Sequence record: SRR31156797_1106
Direction: 5' to 3' (one strand)
DNA length: 64,000 nucleotides
Shown here: positions 18,294 through 27,443 of the stretch, one piece after another
Position numbering within the stretch: position 1 is the first letter of the stretch
Layout: each line of letters opens with the position of its first letter
Position numbers and translations under genes: made by a program
Notes under the pieces: generated by a model
The model's database searches: none
Told to the model about the DNA's origin: nothing
Seen by the model: only the letters and a program-made list of their open reading frames with translations

Positions 18294-19220
18294 TCACCCG
18301 ATGAGCCAAATGGCGATATTTTGGGCTTGCTGTACCGTTCGGTCAGAGACACCTTTCAGCAGGCCTTTTCCCGTCTGTCGGCCTCGGCGGCCTATAACGA
18401 TTGTGCCGCAGCTGTGTCTCTTTGCTTGGCGGAGGAGGTCTGCCCCTACGTCGAGATGCATCTGTGCCGGTAGTTGAGATATGCGGTTTCTGTTGATGCC
18501 GTTGTCAATCAGAACCTGAGCGTGGGCGTAGAAAAGAAAGTTTTCCAGGTCTAGATATTGCTCACACCACTGTTCTCCCCACTGGGGGTGGAAATGTTCA
18601 GGCTTAGCTGGTTGTTGCCTGCCAAACATACTGTTGGAGTGGTACAGACAGATTTCTGCTCGAGGGTGATCCTGCAGCATAAATGCAAGGTGGTCTGCGG
18701 CCATGAGTGATTCCGGCTGACTTTGCACTGCGAGGAGGAAGCGTCTGGAAATAATCTCTCCATCAATAATCCACATGGGGATTTCGTGGCATTTTTCGAT
18801 GAAATCTGCAGAGGTGCTGCCGAAAAAGAGGCCACCAACCGTGCCTATACCCCGACGGCCAATGAGAATGGAGTCGTATTGACCTTGGTGGGCCACTTGA
18901 TGCAGGGTTGCTGATATGGACGATGAAGCAGTTTTGGCACTGTAGCTGACCTGGTCTTTGGTAAAACCGTTACGAACAAGCCTTGCTTTAGCATCTTTGA
19001 GGTATCGGTGCGCCACCCGGGAACGTTTTTCGGTTAGAGGGGATTGTTGTCGTAACGGGTCGACATCAAACATCCACTCCTGGCCGGATCCTCCAGAAGG
19101 AACAATACTGATTAGATGTATTTGGATGCTGTTATCTTTACCGAATAATTTAATCAGGTAATCTAAACTGTTGGAGCTGTATACAGAGCCATCAATAGCT
19201 ACTAGTACGGTCTTTTCCAT
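18294..19220 (-). CDS. Tandem universal stress protein
   Basis: VLVAIDGS; two G-RRG...GS/GV motifs. Confidence 0.88.
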   Translation of the reverse strand: MEKTVLVAIDGSVYSSNSLDYLIKLFGKDNSIQIHLISIVPSGGSGQEWMFDVDPLRQQSPLTEKRSRVAHRYLKDAKARLVRNGFTKDQVSYSAKTASSSISATLHQVAHQGQYDSILIGRRGIGTVGGLFFGSTSADFIEKCHEIPMWIIDGEIISRRFLLAVQSQPESLMAADHLAFMLQDHPRAEICLYHSNSMFGRQQPAKPEHFHPQWGEQWCEQYLDLENFLFYAHAQVLIDNGINRNRISQLPAQMHLDVGADLLRQAKRHSCGTIVIGRRGRQTGKGLLKGVSDRTVQQAQNIAIWLIG

Positions 19221-19304
19221 TTTTTCTCCTGCTTTATGGGTGTTTTGGCTGTCAATTTATTCAGGAGCCTTCTTGGTATTTTATCACGTGTTTGGTGCGA
19301 AAGT

Positions 19305-20267
19305 CTACATGCTGATAAAAAAGTAGAATAAAGCCATACAGGCAATGCTCAGGGTACGGAAACTTTGTGAGAAAAAAATCAGCTGAGTGGCTAAGGCTGG
19401 TTTAAATATTCCGGCATAATAAGGAAATTGATGGCGTACAGCTCGAATGGGAGAAGATAAAATATTGCCTACCAGCAGAGCGAGTATTACTTCCCGTGTT
19501 TCCATGGTGCCGTCAGCAAGCATAACCCCTGCAGCAGCGAGACCTGCTGAAAATTCAGCTGCCACGTGCAGCACTATAATTGACATTGCCTGTGGAGAGA
19601 GCCAGGCAAGCCAGGTGAAATGATCTGCCATGAATTGCTCAAGAAGGTCAAAAAGGCCGAATTGGTTAAAGAAGTAAAAAAGTGTATAGATCGGTACAGT
19701 AAAGCGAATGATTTTTTTTATACGTTTTTTAAATCTTTTTAGTGTTTTGGCAAGGGCACTTTTAAATGTGGCTGTTTCAGCCCGCTTAAATTTCTCATTA
19801 ACAACAGTTTTGGCCGGCAGGAGAAAATGGGCTAAAATGGTGATGACTAAGGTCCGCAATATAGCCGCGCCAAATGTTAGACCTACGTAAACAACAGCCG
19901 CCCCCTTGATAAGCGGCGCGGTAATGAAAAAAGTAGTCGGTAGGTGGAGAAAATAGGTGGGAAGGCTGTTGAACAGATTTGCCAGGATGAGTTCTCTTTT
20001 GGTGATCGTTTGTTTTTCGTACCCTTCCGACAACATAGTGTTGGCTGCTACTCCTGAAAAAAAAGCCATGGAAAAAGAGGCTCCTGTCAGGGAGGAGAGA
20101 TTTCCGAAACGGGTTAATGGCTTTGCAATAAAGGCAATTTTTCTTGTCCAGTTAAGCGCTTCGATAAAGTTGGCCACCATCAGCCCAACAGAGATGAAAA
20201 AGAGTAACCGGACAAGAGGCCAGCCTAGTCCTGTCCACAGATTGAGGAACATGTTTTCTGCTGTCAT
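19305..20267 (-). CDS. Multi-pass membrane protein, nucleoside-recognition/gate-domain-like
   Basis: Many TM segments; resemblance to gate-domain proteins. Confidence 0.6.
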   Translation of the reverse strand: MTAENMFLNLWTGLGWPLVRLLFFISVGLMVANFIEALNWTRKIAFIAKPLTRFGNLSSLTGASFSMAFFSGVAANTMLSEGYEKQTITKRELILANLFNSLPTYFLHLPTTFFITAPLIKGAAVVYVGLTFGAAILRTLVITILAHFLLPAKTVVNEKFKRAETATFKSALAKTLKRFKKRIKKIIRFTVPIYTLFYFFNQFGLFDLLEQFMADHFTWLAWLSPQAMSIIVLHVAAEFSAGLAAAGVMLADGTMETREVILALLVGNILSSPIRAVRHQFPYYAGIFKPALATQLIFFSQSFRTLSIACMALFYFFISM

Positions 20268-20336
20268 GTGATAAGTCGCCTGATTGAAGAAGGTGAATAA
20301 AGAAGATAAAGAAGGGCCGAAGTTTCCCTGATCCTC

Positions 20337-20513
20337 AAGTGTATCTTGAATTATGAGTAATTTCGTTTGAGGTCAGGTAAGTCCCGACTCCGAGGCATGC
20401 GATAAAAACTACCACAGGCATATGCCGAATGTCGGAGTCTACGCTATCTCCGAGGATAAAATTTTAGCATAACGCTGAGGTTGAGCTTAATGACAATTAA
20501 TCAAGATCGCCTC
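20337..20513 (-). repeat. Dispersed structured intergenic repeat, copy 2
   Basis: atcttgaattat...gactccgaggcatgc...caggcatat...tcggagtc...gaggataaaattttagcata...attaatcaagatcgcct. Confidence 0.75.
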
Positions 20514-20570
20514 AAGAAAATACGGTGGAGTTGCACTATATACCTATGACAAAAATCAGCAAGTGCTCTC

Positions 20571-21746
20571 ATGAAAAAGAAAATAGAATCTGAAAAAATA
20601 CCACTTTTGCTTTGGCTTGATGATCTCGATCCAGATGCGCTGCAGCAGGCAAAAAATCTGGCTAACCTGCCCTTTGCCTTTCACCATGTTGCCATTATGC
20701 CCGATGCCCATGTCGGCTACGGTATGCCTATCGGTGGTGTTCTTGCAATTAGAGGGGCTGTTATCCCCAATGCTGTAGGAGTTGATATCGGCTGCGGCAT
20801 GTGCGCGGTAAAAACAGGGATAGCAGAGGCAACAATTGAGCAGTTGAAGACTATTATAGGCAGGATACGCAAGGTCGTCCCTGTTGGTTTTAAGCATCAT
20901 CGAGACCCTTGTTCGAAATCGATCATGCCAGCATTGCCAGGTGGCAAGGTCGATGAAAAATTACCTGTGGTAGCTCGTGAGTACGGCAACGGCAGGCATC
21001 AGGTAGGAACTCTTGGCGGTGGAAATCATTTTATAGAGCTGCAGCAGGGAAGCGATGGGCATGTCTGGTTGATGGTCCATTCCGGAAGCAGAAATCTTGG
21101 GTACAAAGTTGCTGCCTATTATAACAAGCTGGCAAAGAAAGAAAATTTAGATACCGGGCTTAAGGTGCCGAAACAGTGGCAGCTTGCATTTCTCCCCCTG
21201 AAAAGCAAAGAGGCTGGGCAGTATCTGGCAGAGATGAACTATTGCGTCGCTTTTGCACGGGCCAACCGCCGTGAGATGATGCTCCGGGTACAGGGTATCG
21301 TGAGCGATGTAACGGGCTGTGAAGACTTTGAACCTCTGCTGGATGTTGCCCATAATTATGCCGCAGAAGAAACCCATTTTGGGCAACAGGTCATGGTGCA
21401 TCGTAAAGGGGCAACCAGGGCCTTTGCAGGAGAGCTTGGGATCGTTCCCGGATCTCAAGGCAGTTCAAGCTATATTACTCGCGGACTGGGAAATCCAGAT
21501 TCTTTTGCATCATGTTCGCATGGTGCAGGGCGTATCCTTGGTCGAAAACAAGCCCAGCGCAGCCTTGATTTGGAGCAGGAAATAGGGCAGCTTAACAAAA
21601 AACGTATAGTACACGGGTTGAGGAGGAAACGGGATTTAGATGAGGCGCCTGGTGCTTATAAAGATATAAGTACCGTGATGAATAACCAAAAAGATTTGGT
21701 AGAAATATTGATCGAGCTTTCACCGCTTGCAGTTGTAAAGGGGTAA
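20571..21746 (+). CDS. rtcB: RtcB-family RNA ligase
   Basis: MPDAH.GYG, GVDIGCG, GGGNHF, HSGSR, HNY, HRKGA, SHGAGR, DEAPGAYK. Confidence 0.95.
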   Translation: MKKKIESEKIPLLLWLDDLDPDALQQAKNLANLPFAFHHVAIMPDAHVGYGMPIGGVLAIRGAVIPNAVGVDIGCGMCAVKTGIAEATIEQLKTIIGRIRKVVPVGFKHHRDPCSKSIMPALPGGKVDEKLPVVAREYGNGRHQVGTLGGGNHFIELQQGSDGHVWLMVHSGSRNLGYKVAAYYNKLAKKENLDTGLKVPKQWQLAFLPLKSKEAGQYLAEMNYCVAFARANRREMMLRVQGIVSDVTGCEDFEPLLDVAHNYAAEETHFGQQVMVHRKGATRAFAGELGIVPGSQGSSSYITRGLGNPDSFASCSHGAGRILGRKQAQRSLDLEQEIGQLNKKRIVHGLRRKRDLDEAPGAYKDISTVMNNQKDLVEILIELSPLAVVKG

Positions 21747-21836
21747 ATCGAAAATATTTCGATACGACTGCGCCCCTTGTGCTTTACTTTGGCGGGAAGA
21801 ATTTTTGGTTATGGTTTTCTCGCTTCGAACGACGGG

Positions 21837-21878
21837 AAAAAAGGGGTGCCAGTTAAGATAGGGTCACGCCCTTTTTTC
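21837..21878. terminator. Probable bidirectional terminator
   Basis: aaaaaaggggtg...cacgccctttttt between convergent genes. Confidence 0.5.
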
Positions 21879-21922
21879 TGCAGTTTCCTTTTGCATGGAA
21901 AAAGGAGCCTTTCTGTTGGTAA

Positions 21923-22837
21923 TCAGTCGACTAGCCCGCCACCCATGTATGGTCCCTCTCTTTCTATAAAACGGGCTAGGTTGTCGAGGCCACGGTCCCT
22001 CGCATCTGCGTTAAACGCTTCCTGCGCTTCGGTTGCTTTTTTGTCGGCCTTGGCGTAAAAACGTTGGCGCTCCTGAAAGGTTTTGTGCCAGTTGTTGTAC
22101 TGCTCAAGGGCGAGTTTCTTGATTATCCCCTTTTCCTTTCGTTGCTTTAGCTGATCGTTGATTGCTGGGAGTTGATCCAGGTATGGAGATTTTTTCGATA
22201 AAGCCATGTGCAGCTGTTGTACAGTGATGGGTTTTTCTATGAACTCTATCTTGTCTTCTACCATAAGGAGTTTGGAATAAATAATGGCAGGGTAAAGATC
22301 TATGATCAGGTAATCTGCTGTATCCTCTTCTAGCATTTCAAAAGCTCTTTGGTACGTTGTGTAGGTTACATCGAGTTTATCCTTGATGTAGGCGTCAAAT
22401 TCGTCGCCAAAGGTCTCGCCCTGTCCGGCAACCCCTTTTTTCCCGATCATATCGTCCCAGCAATTACAGAGAAAGCGGTCTCCCTTTTTAACAACCGTTA
22501 CAACCGGACTGTCAAGGTAGGGGACAGAAAACACCATATGCTGCTCTCTGGTTTTATTTTTGTATGCGGAGACAATCAGGTCAACCTCACCATCTGCAAG
22601 TTGCTGCTGCACTTGGAGCCAGTCAGTGGAAGGGTGAATGGAGTATTGTATGTTAAGCTGAGAGAGAATGTCAGTGGCAAGTTTTGGCCCAACCCCTTGC
22701 AGTTTGCCTTGTTTGTTCCATGCAACAGGCGGGGCCTCTGGATTACCGGATATAACCAGCGGGGCAGATGGCTGGGCAAGGAGAGGGGAGCAGGTACCAA
22801 TGAAGAAAAAAAAGAGTAATACGGTTAGGTAGCGCAT
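21923..22837 (-). CDS. Periplasmic substrate-binding protein (family 3-like), orphan
   Basis: Signal peptide, PP.AW...G, GEVDLI...R...FS.PY. Confidence 0.8.
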   Translation of the reverse strand: MRYLTVLLFFFFIGTCSPLLAQPSAPLVISGNPEAPPVAWNKQGKLQGVGPKLATDILSQLNIQYSIHPSTDWLQVQQQLADGEVDLIVSAYKNKTREQHMVFSVPYLDSPVVTVVKKGDRFLCNCWDDMIGKKGVAGQGETFGDEFDAYIKDKLDVTYTTYQRAFEMLEEDTADYLIIDLYPAIIYSKLLMVEDKIEFIEKPITVQQLHMALSKKSPYLDQLPAINDQLKQRKEKGIIKKLALEQYNNWHKTFQERQRFYAKADKKATEAQEAFNADARDRGLDNLARFIEREGPYMGGGLVD

Positions 22838-22972
22838 AGAGACTCCAGGAGGTTAGGTTTTTATGGGCTTGTAACAGCGTCGTCGATTGAGCGTGATTTT
22901 TTAGGGGCCACTTGACATATCAGCATAAAAGAAAAGTTGTTCTGTTCGTGCTGTAAGTGAACCATTTTTAAC

Positions 22973-23163
22973 GGGAATCTTGAAAAAATAGATATTTTGT
23001 TCGAGACCAAGTAACGCCTGACTCTGAGGCATGTGCAAAAAAAACGCAGGCATATAAATGATATCGGAGTCTGATGTTTACCCGGAGGATAATATTTTAA
23101 GCATACGAGGTAAGCCAAGACTCCGGGAGACTGGGCGAAATCGCTATTTTTCAAGATGGCCTA
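22973..23163 (-). repeat. Dispersed structured intergenic repeat, copy 3
   Basis: atcttgaaaaa...gactctgaggcatgt...caggcatat...tcggagtc...gaggataatattttaagcata...tttttcaagatggccta; 11-bp perfect terminal inverted repeat. Confidence 0.8.
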
Positions 23164-23240
23164 AGGTTATAGTGGAGCGATTATCAGTTCTTTACATTTT
23201 ATTTAACAAATATTGCGGTTTATAAATAGCAGGTGGTTGT

Positions 23241-25112
23241 TCAAAAAGCAAATGTCGTTGCTGTAAAGAGACTGTGGGCGTAGAGATCTCCAGGGTCAGA
23301 GCTTAAACCCAATTTGAAAATTTCCCATTGATCACCCACTGCTTGCAGGAAAACATCGGGCACCTGGGCTGCACTCAAATGAAGGCCAGCATTGGTGGTG
23401 ATGATGTTGCCAACTTGCTTGAAAAACATGAGTAGACTGGTTGCCTTTGGGGCCACATACACTGCATCGTTTTCATTAATACCTGCCAACTTGGCAGCCT
23501 CTTTTACTGCCGTGTCCAGGTTGCCGAGCTGGTCAACCAGGCCTAGCCGCATTGCTGTTTTTCCATCCCATACCCTTCCCTCAGCGATCATTTTTACTTT
23601 ATCCAGAGGCATATCCCTGCCATTGGAAACAATTGAAAGAAACTGACGGTAACCGTGTTCGACGCTCAATTGGTGGTAGGAATTCTCCTCAGGCGACATT
23701 GCTGAGACAGGGTTGCCGAAAAGAGCAGTTTTTCCTGTACCTATACCGTCGCCATGGACACCTATTTTTCCAAGTGTTTTGTTGATAGTGGGAATGACCC
23801 CGAAAATACCTATCGAACCGGTTAAGGTAACAGGTGAGGCGATGATCAGGTCAGCATTTGCAGCTAGCCAGTAGCCGCCGGAAGCAGCCATAGAGCCCAT
23901 GGAAACAACAACAGGTTTACCTGATTTCTGGAATGAGAGCAGCTCCTGTCGGATAAGTTCGGAACCCAGAGCGCTCCCCCCACCGGTAGATATGCGGAGA
24001 ACCAGTGCCTTGATGCTATGGTTCTTTTTGGCTTGACGAATTTGTTCGATCAGCTTTCGAGATCCAATTTGATTAACAGCCCCGTCGCCATACATAATGT
24101 TCCCTGTGGCAGTGATGATGCCCACCAAATCTTCCTTCTCTGGGTCCGGAGTGTATGAAGGAGTAATCGATTGGAGATAGTCACTATAGCTGATTTGAGG
24201 AAAGCTTTTGGATGATTCAGGAGAAAGGTTGGAGAGCTCGAAAAGGTAAGTGAGCAATTCCTGCCTAGTTTTAATACCGTCAATGAGCCCTGTTTGTAGG
24301 GCCATTTGGCTGCGATCTCCCTCGGTTTGTGCTAAGTGGGATGGGAGGCTCTCGATTATATCTTTGAATTGCCGGCCTGTTATTTTTCGGTTGGCAGCAA
24401 CGTCCTGACTATATATCTCCCACAGTGCCTCCAGCCAGACCTTGTTTGCTTCTTTGGCGGCTGATGACATGTTGTTTCTGGTGAACGGTTCCAGGGCAGA
24501 TTTAAAGGTACCAACCCGGAAGACATGAAAGTCAATGGCCAGTTTTTCTATAAGGTCCCAGGCATAGAGGCGGTATACTTTGAAGCCTTGGATGCGCAGC
24601 CCCCCCATGGGATTAAGGTAAATTTCATCAGCCCAGGAAGCTAAATAGTATTGAGCCTGATTAAAGTTGTCACCAGCGGCAATTACTTTTTTTCCCGCTG
24701 CTTTAAAGTAATCTATGGCTTTTCCTATGGTCTTTACCTGGTTGAGCCCTACTTTGCCAAGCCGGTCGGGAGCAATGAAAAGTACGTTTATCCTGGAATC
24801 GTCAGCCGCGCTATAGATACAATCAAGGACATCCTGCAGCAAAATGTCATTTTCTACCGGCACCCCGGAAAGGTTATTGATCGCTTGCGTCAGGGGATTG
24901 ATGGGAGAGCGTTGTTCCACAATGTCCCCTTCCGGTGCAAATACCAAAATTGCGTCATCGGGCATGGTCACGTCAGGTTGGTAAAAAAGGGTGGTAATAA
25001 TAAAAAATAAAGTTGCTAAAAACATGATGCTGGCGAAAAAAGCCATCCCGGTTGAAAGCAGTTTCCAAAACCAGTGAAAAGGGAGCCAGAGAAGTGAGAA
25101 TATTTTTTTCAT
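23241..25112 (-). CDS. sppA: Signal peptide peptidase SppA (67K type)
   Basis: YYLASWADEI, VGTFKSALEP, GGGSA, AASGGYW, TGSIG, AEGRVWDG. Confidence 0.95.
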   Translation of the reverse strand: MKKIFSLLWLPFHWFWKLLSTGMAFFASIMFLATLFFIITTLFYQPDVTMPDDAILVFAPEGDIVEQRSPINPLTQAINNLSGVPVENDILLQDVLDCIYSAADDSRINVLFIAPDRLGKVGLNQVKTIGKAIDYFKAAGKKVIAAGDNFNQAQYYLASWADEIYLNPMGGLRIQGFKVYRLYAWDLIEKLAIDFHVFRVGTFKSALEPFTRNNMSSAAKEANKVWLEALWEIYSQDVAANRKITGRQFKDIIESLPSHLAQTEGDRSQMALQTGLIDGIKTRQELLTYLFELSNLSPESSKSFPQISYSDYLQSITPSYTPDPEKEDLVGIITATGNIMYGDGAVNQIGSRKLIEQIRQAKKNHSIKALVLRISTGGGSALGSELIRQELLSFQKSGKPVVVSMGSMAASGGYWLAANADLIIASPVTLTGSIGIFGVIPTINKTLGKIGVHGDGIGTGKTALFGNPVSAMSPEENSYHQLSVEHGYRQFLSIVSNGRDMPLDKVKMIAEGRVWDGKTAMRLGLVDQLGNLDTAVKEAAKLAGINENDAVYVAPKATSLLMFFKQVGNIITTNAGLHLSAAQVPDVFLQAVGDQWEIFKLGLSSDPGDLYAHSLFTATTFAF

Positions 25113-25229
25113 TATACTGTTTGGGTTGAATGGAGGAGTGCAGGATGACGCTACTTATGCAACGAAAGCTGTAGAAGAAGGGTATTGCGTTACACCGCTA
25201 AAGTCAAATAATTGATGGAGCACGAGGTC

Positions 25230-27161
25230 TTATGAGGAGAGACTACCAAGGGTTAGGGGGGCCTCGGGGAGTACCTGTTGCAGTGCATCACCAAGGTCTT
25301 GGAGTGAATAGGGTTTTTTGACGAATTGTGTCACTCCGAGATTTTTGGCTTGGTGCATATCGGTGGTTGTAGAGTACCCGCTCGTTATAATAGCTTTTTG
25401 GTCAGGTGCATGTTGGAGGATAAGGCGATAGGTTTCGCATCCGTTGATACCTGGCTCCATGAGCATATCAAGGATGACGAGATCAACCTTGTTATTTTTA
25501 ATAAACTCTACAGCTTTCTCACCAGAGGGCACAGTATAGGGCTGGTAGCCCATACGAGACAAAAGCCTGATGGCAATCTCGCGCTGACTTTTTTGATCAT
25601 CCACCACCAAAATGCGTTGGCCGTTGCCCCGATAGGTAAGTTTTTCCGAAGATTGCAGGGGGACTTCACCATGAATCCTGGTGGCTGGAAAGTAGAGAGA
25701 GAAGAGAGTACCTTTTTTACTGCTGACCAGGTCTATGTAGCCGCCGTGGTCATGGACGGTGTTCCAGACCACGGCTAAGCCCAAACCAGTACCACTTCTG
25801 CCCATAATCTTTTTACTGTAAAAGGGGCTGAAAATTCTTGCAAGGTCTGCTTGGGAAATACCGGTACCTGTATCTTTTATATTGATGACCGTATAATCGC
25901 CTGGTTCGATGGTTTCATATCCATGATACTCTTCGTTGAGATGCACGTTGTTGGTTGATACCGTAATAGAACCCTTGGTTTGGATTGCCTCTGCTGCATT
26001 CAGTACCAGGTTCATGATTGACTTAGATATATGCATAGCAGAACAGGTTACATTGAGCAGCTTGTTTTCCAGGTAAGATTCTATGAGTACATCAGGAAAG
26101 CGTTGGCGAATAGTATTATATTCAACTGAGCTGAAATAGTTTGTGATAATGGTGTTGATGTTTTGAATTTCTTTTTTACAGGTGGCGCCCCGGGCGACTG
26201 TGAGCAAGTCGTCAACTACTGCTGCCGCTCTTTTACCTGCATCGCGAATCATAGTAATTTCTTCACGGTATTTAAAATTTTCATCTAAATCCAGAAGGAG
26301 TAATTCAGGATAGGTAATAATGCCGGCAAGAATGTTATTAAGGTCATGCGCCACCGAACCGGCCATCAACCCAAGAGACTCCATCCGTTTTGCATCAGCA
26401 AGCTGTTCCTGGAGGTTGATTTTTTGCTGCATGGCAAGTTCGCTGATTGTCACGTCTCGAATGGCGGCAACCTGAACTTGTTGTGACTGATAATCGATAT
26501 GTTTTACCCTGATTTCAACAGGAAACTGTTCACCGTTTTTTTTGATCCCGCGCGCTTTAAAAGGCCCAATGCTATCTGGATCAGTCTGCAGGTGCAGGGT
26601 CTGGATTGAGTCGCGATTAAGCAATACATCAAAGACTTGCTTTCCAAGCAATTCATCCTCGTTGTAACCAAACATTTCACAGAGTTGGTCGTTTGCCTGG
26701 AGCATTATTCCCTTGTCGTAGAGAATGATGCCTTCCCAGGTTGCCTGTGAAAGTTGGCAGAATCGTTTTTCACTGTTTCTGAGATCTTTTTTAAGCTGCT
26801 TGTGTTGGATGCCTCGGGCAATCGTGCGTAAAATTCTATCGGGAGAGCAGGGTTTTCGCAGAAAGTCGTATACTCCATGGCGAAGTGCCTCAACTGCATT
26901 TTCAACAGTGGCACTGCCTGTTAGCATGATAACAGCGGTTTCAGGGTGCTGTTGTATAGAGTGGGCGGCTAGTTCAATACCGTAAATGTCAGGAAGTCCT
27001 ATGTCGATAATTACTGCATCAAACGAAAAGTTGTTGAGGTGAAAAAGGCCTTCTTCGCCTGAATTTGCAGTTTTTGTCTCGTACCCATCTGCTGCAAACA
27101 AAACCTCGAGACTTTTGCAGAAGTTAGGTTCGTCATCAATTATTAGTATAGAATATCCCAT
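25230..27161 (-). CDS. Hybrid histidine kinase (REC-PAS-HisKA-HATPase-REC)
   Basis: N- and C-terminal receivers, PAS (KNGEQFPVE..RDVT), AHDLNN, DTGTG, GTGLGL. Confidence 0.92.
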   Translation of the reverse strand: MGYSILIIDDEPNFCKSLEVLFAADGYETKTANSGEEGLFHLNNFSFDAVIIDIGLPDIYGIELAAHSIQQHPETAVIMLTGSATVENAVEALRHGVYDFLRKPCSPDRILRTIARGIQHKQLKKDLRNSEKRFCQLSQATWEGIILYDKGIMLQANDQLCEMFGYNEDELLGKQVFDVLLNRDSIQTLHLQTDPDSIGPFKARGIKKNGEQFPVEIRVKHIDYQSQQVQVAAIRDVTISELAMQQKINLQEQLADAKRMESLGLMAGSVAHDLNNILAGIITYPELLLLDLDENFKYREEITMIRDAGKRAAAVVDDLLTVARGATCKKEIQNINTIITNYFSSVEYNTIRQRFPDVLIESYLENKLLNVTCSAMHISKSIMNLVLNAAEAIQTKGSITVSTNNVHLNEEYHGYETIEPGDYTVINIKDTGTGISQADLARIFSPFYSKKIMGRSGTGLGLAVVWNTVHDHGGYIDLVSSKKGTLFSLYFPATRIHGEVPLQSSEKLTYRGNGQRILVVDDQKSQREIAIRLLSRMGYQPYTVPSGEKAVEFIKNNKVDLVILDMLMEPGINGCETYRLILQHAPDQKAIITSGYSTTTDMHQAKNLGVTQFVKKPYSLQDLGDALQQVLPEAPLTLGSLSS

Positions 27162-27443
27162 TTGTGAGATTAGATAAAATTTGCTATTCGTTTAGGGGGA
27201 AGTGATGAGAAGATATCGCGAATGAAAAAACGTGTGCGACCGCTGGATCAATATAGTCATTGTTGATACCGTTTCATTGCTGGCATACTATCACTCTGGT
27301 CGTTGAAAACAAATTACCAATAATGCAGATGTTAAGAACCATTGTCATGCATTAAAAAAAGCTTGTATATACTTATAATATTGAAACTCTTTTTAAAAGA
27401 GAAGTCCAACTAAAAACAGGTGAAATGTTTTAAATTAGCCGGA

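Noticed and set aside
22861..23154. 97-aa ORF as a possible transposase fragment
   Set aside because: Mostly spans repeat copy 3; no equivalent ORF is listed at the other copies and no transposase motif is visible
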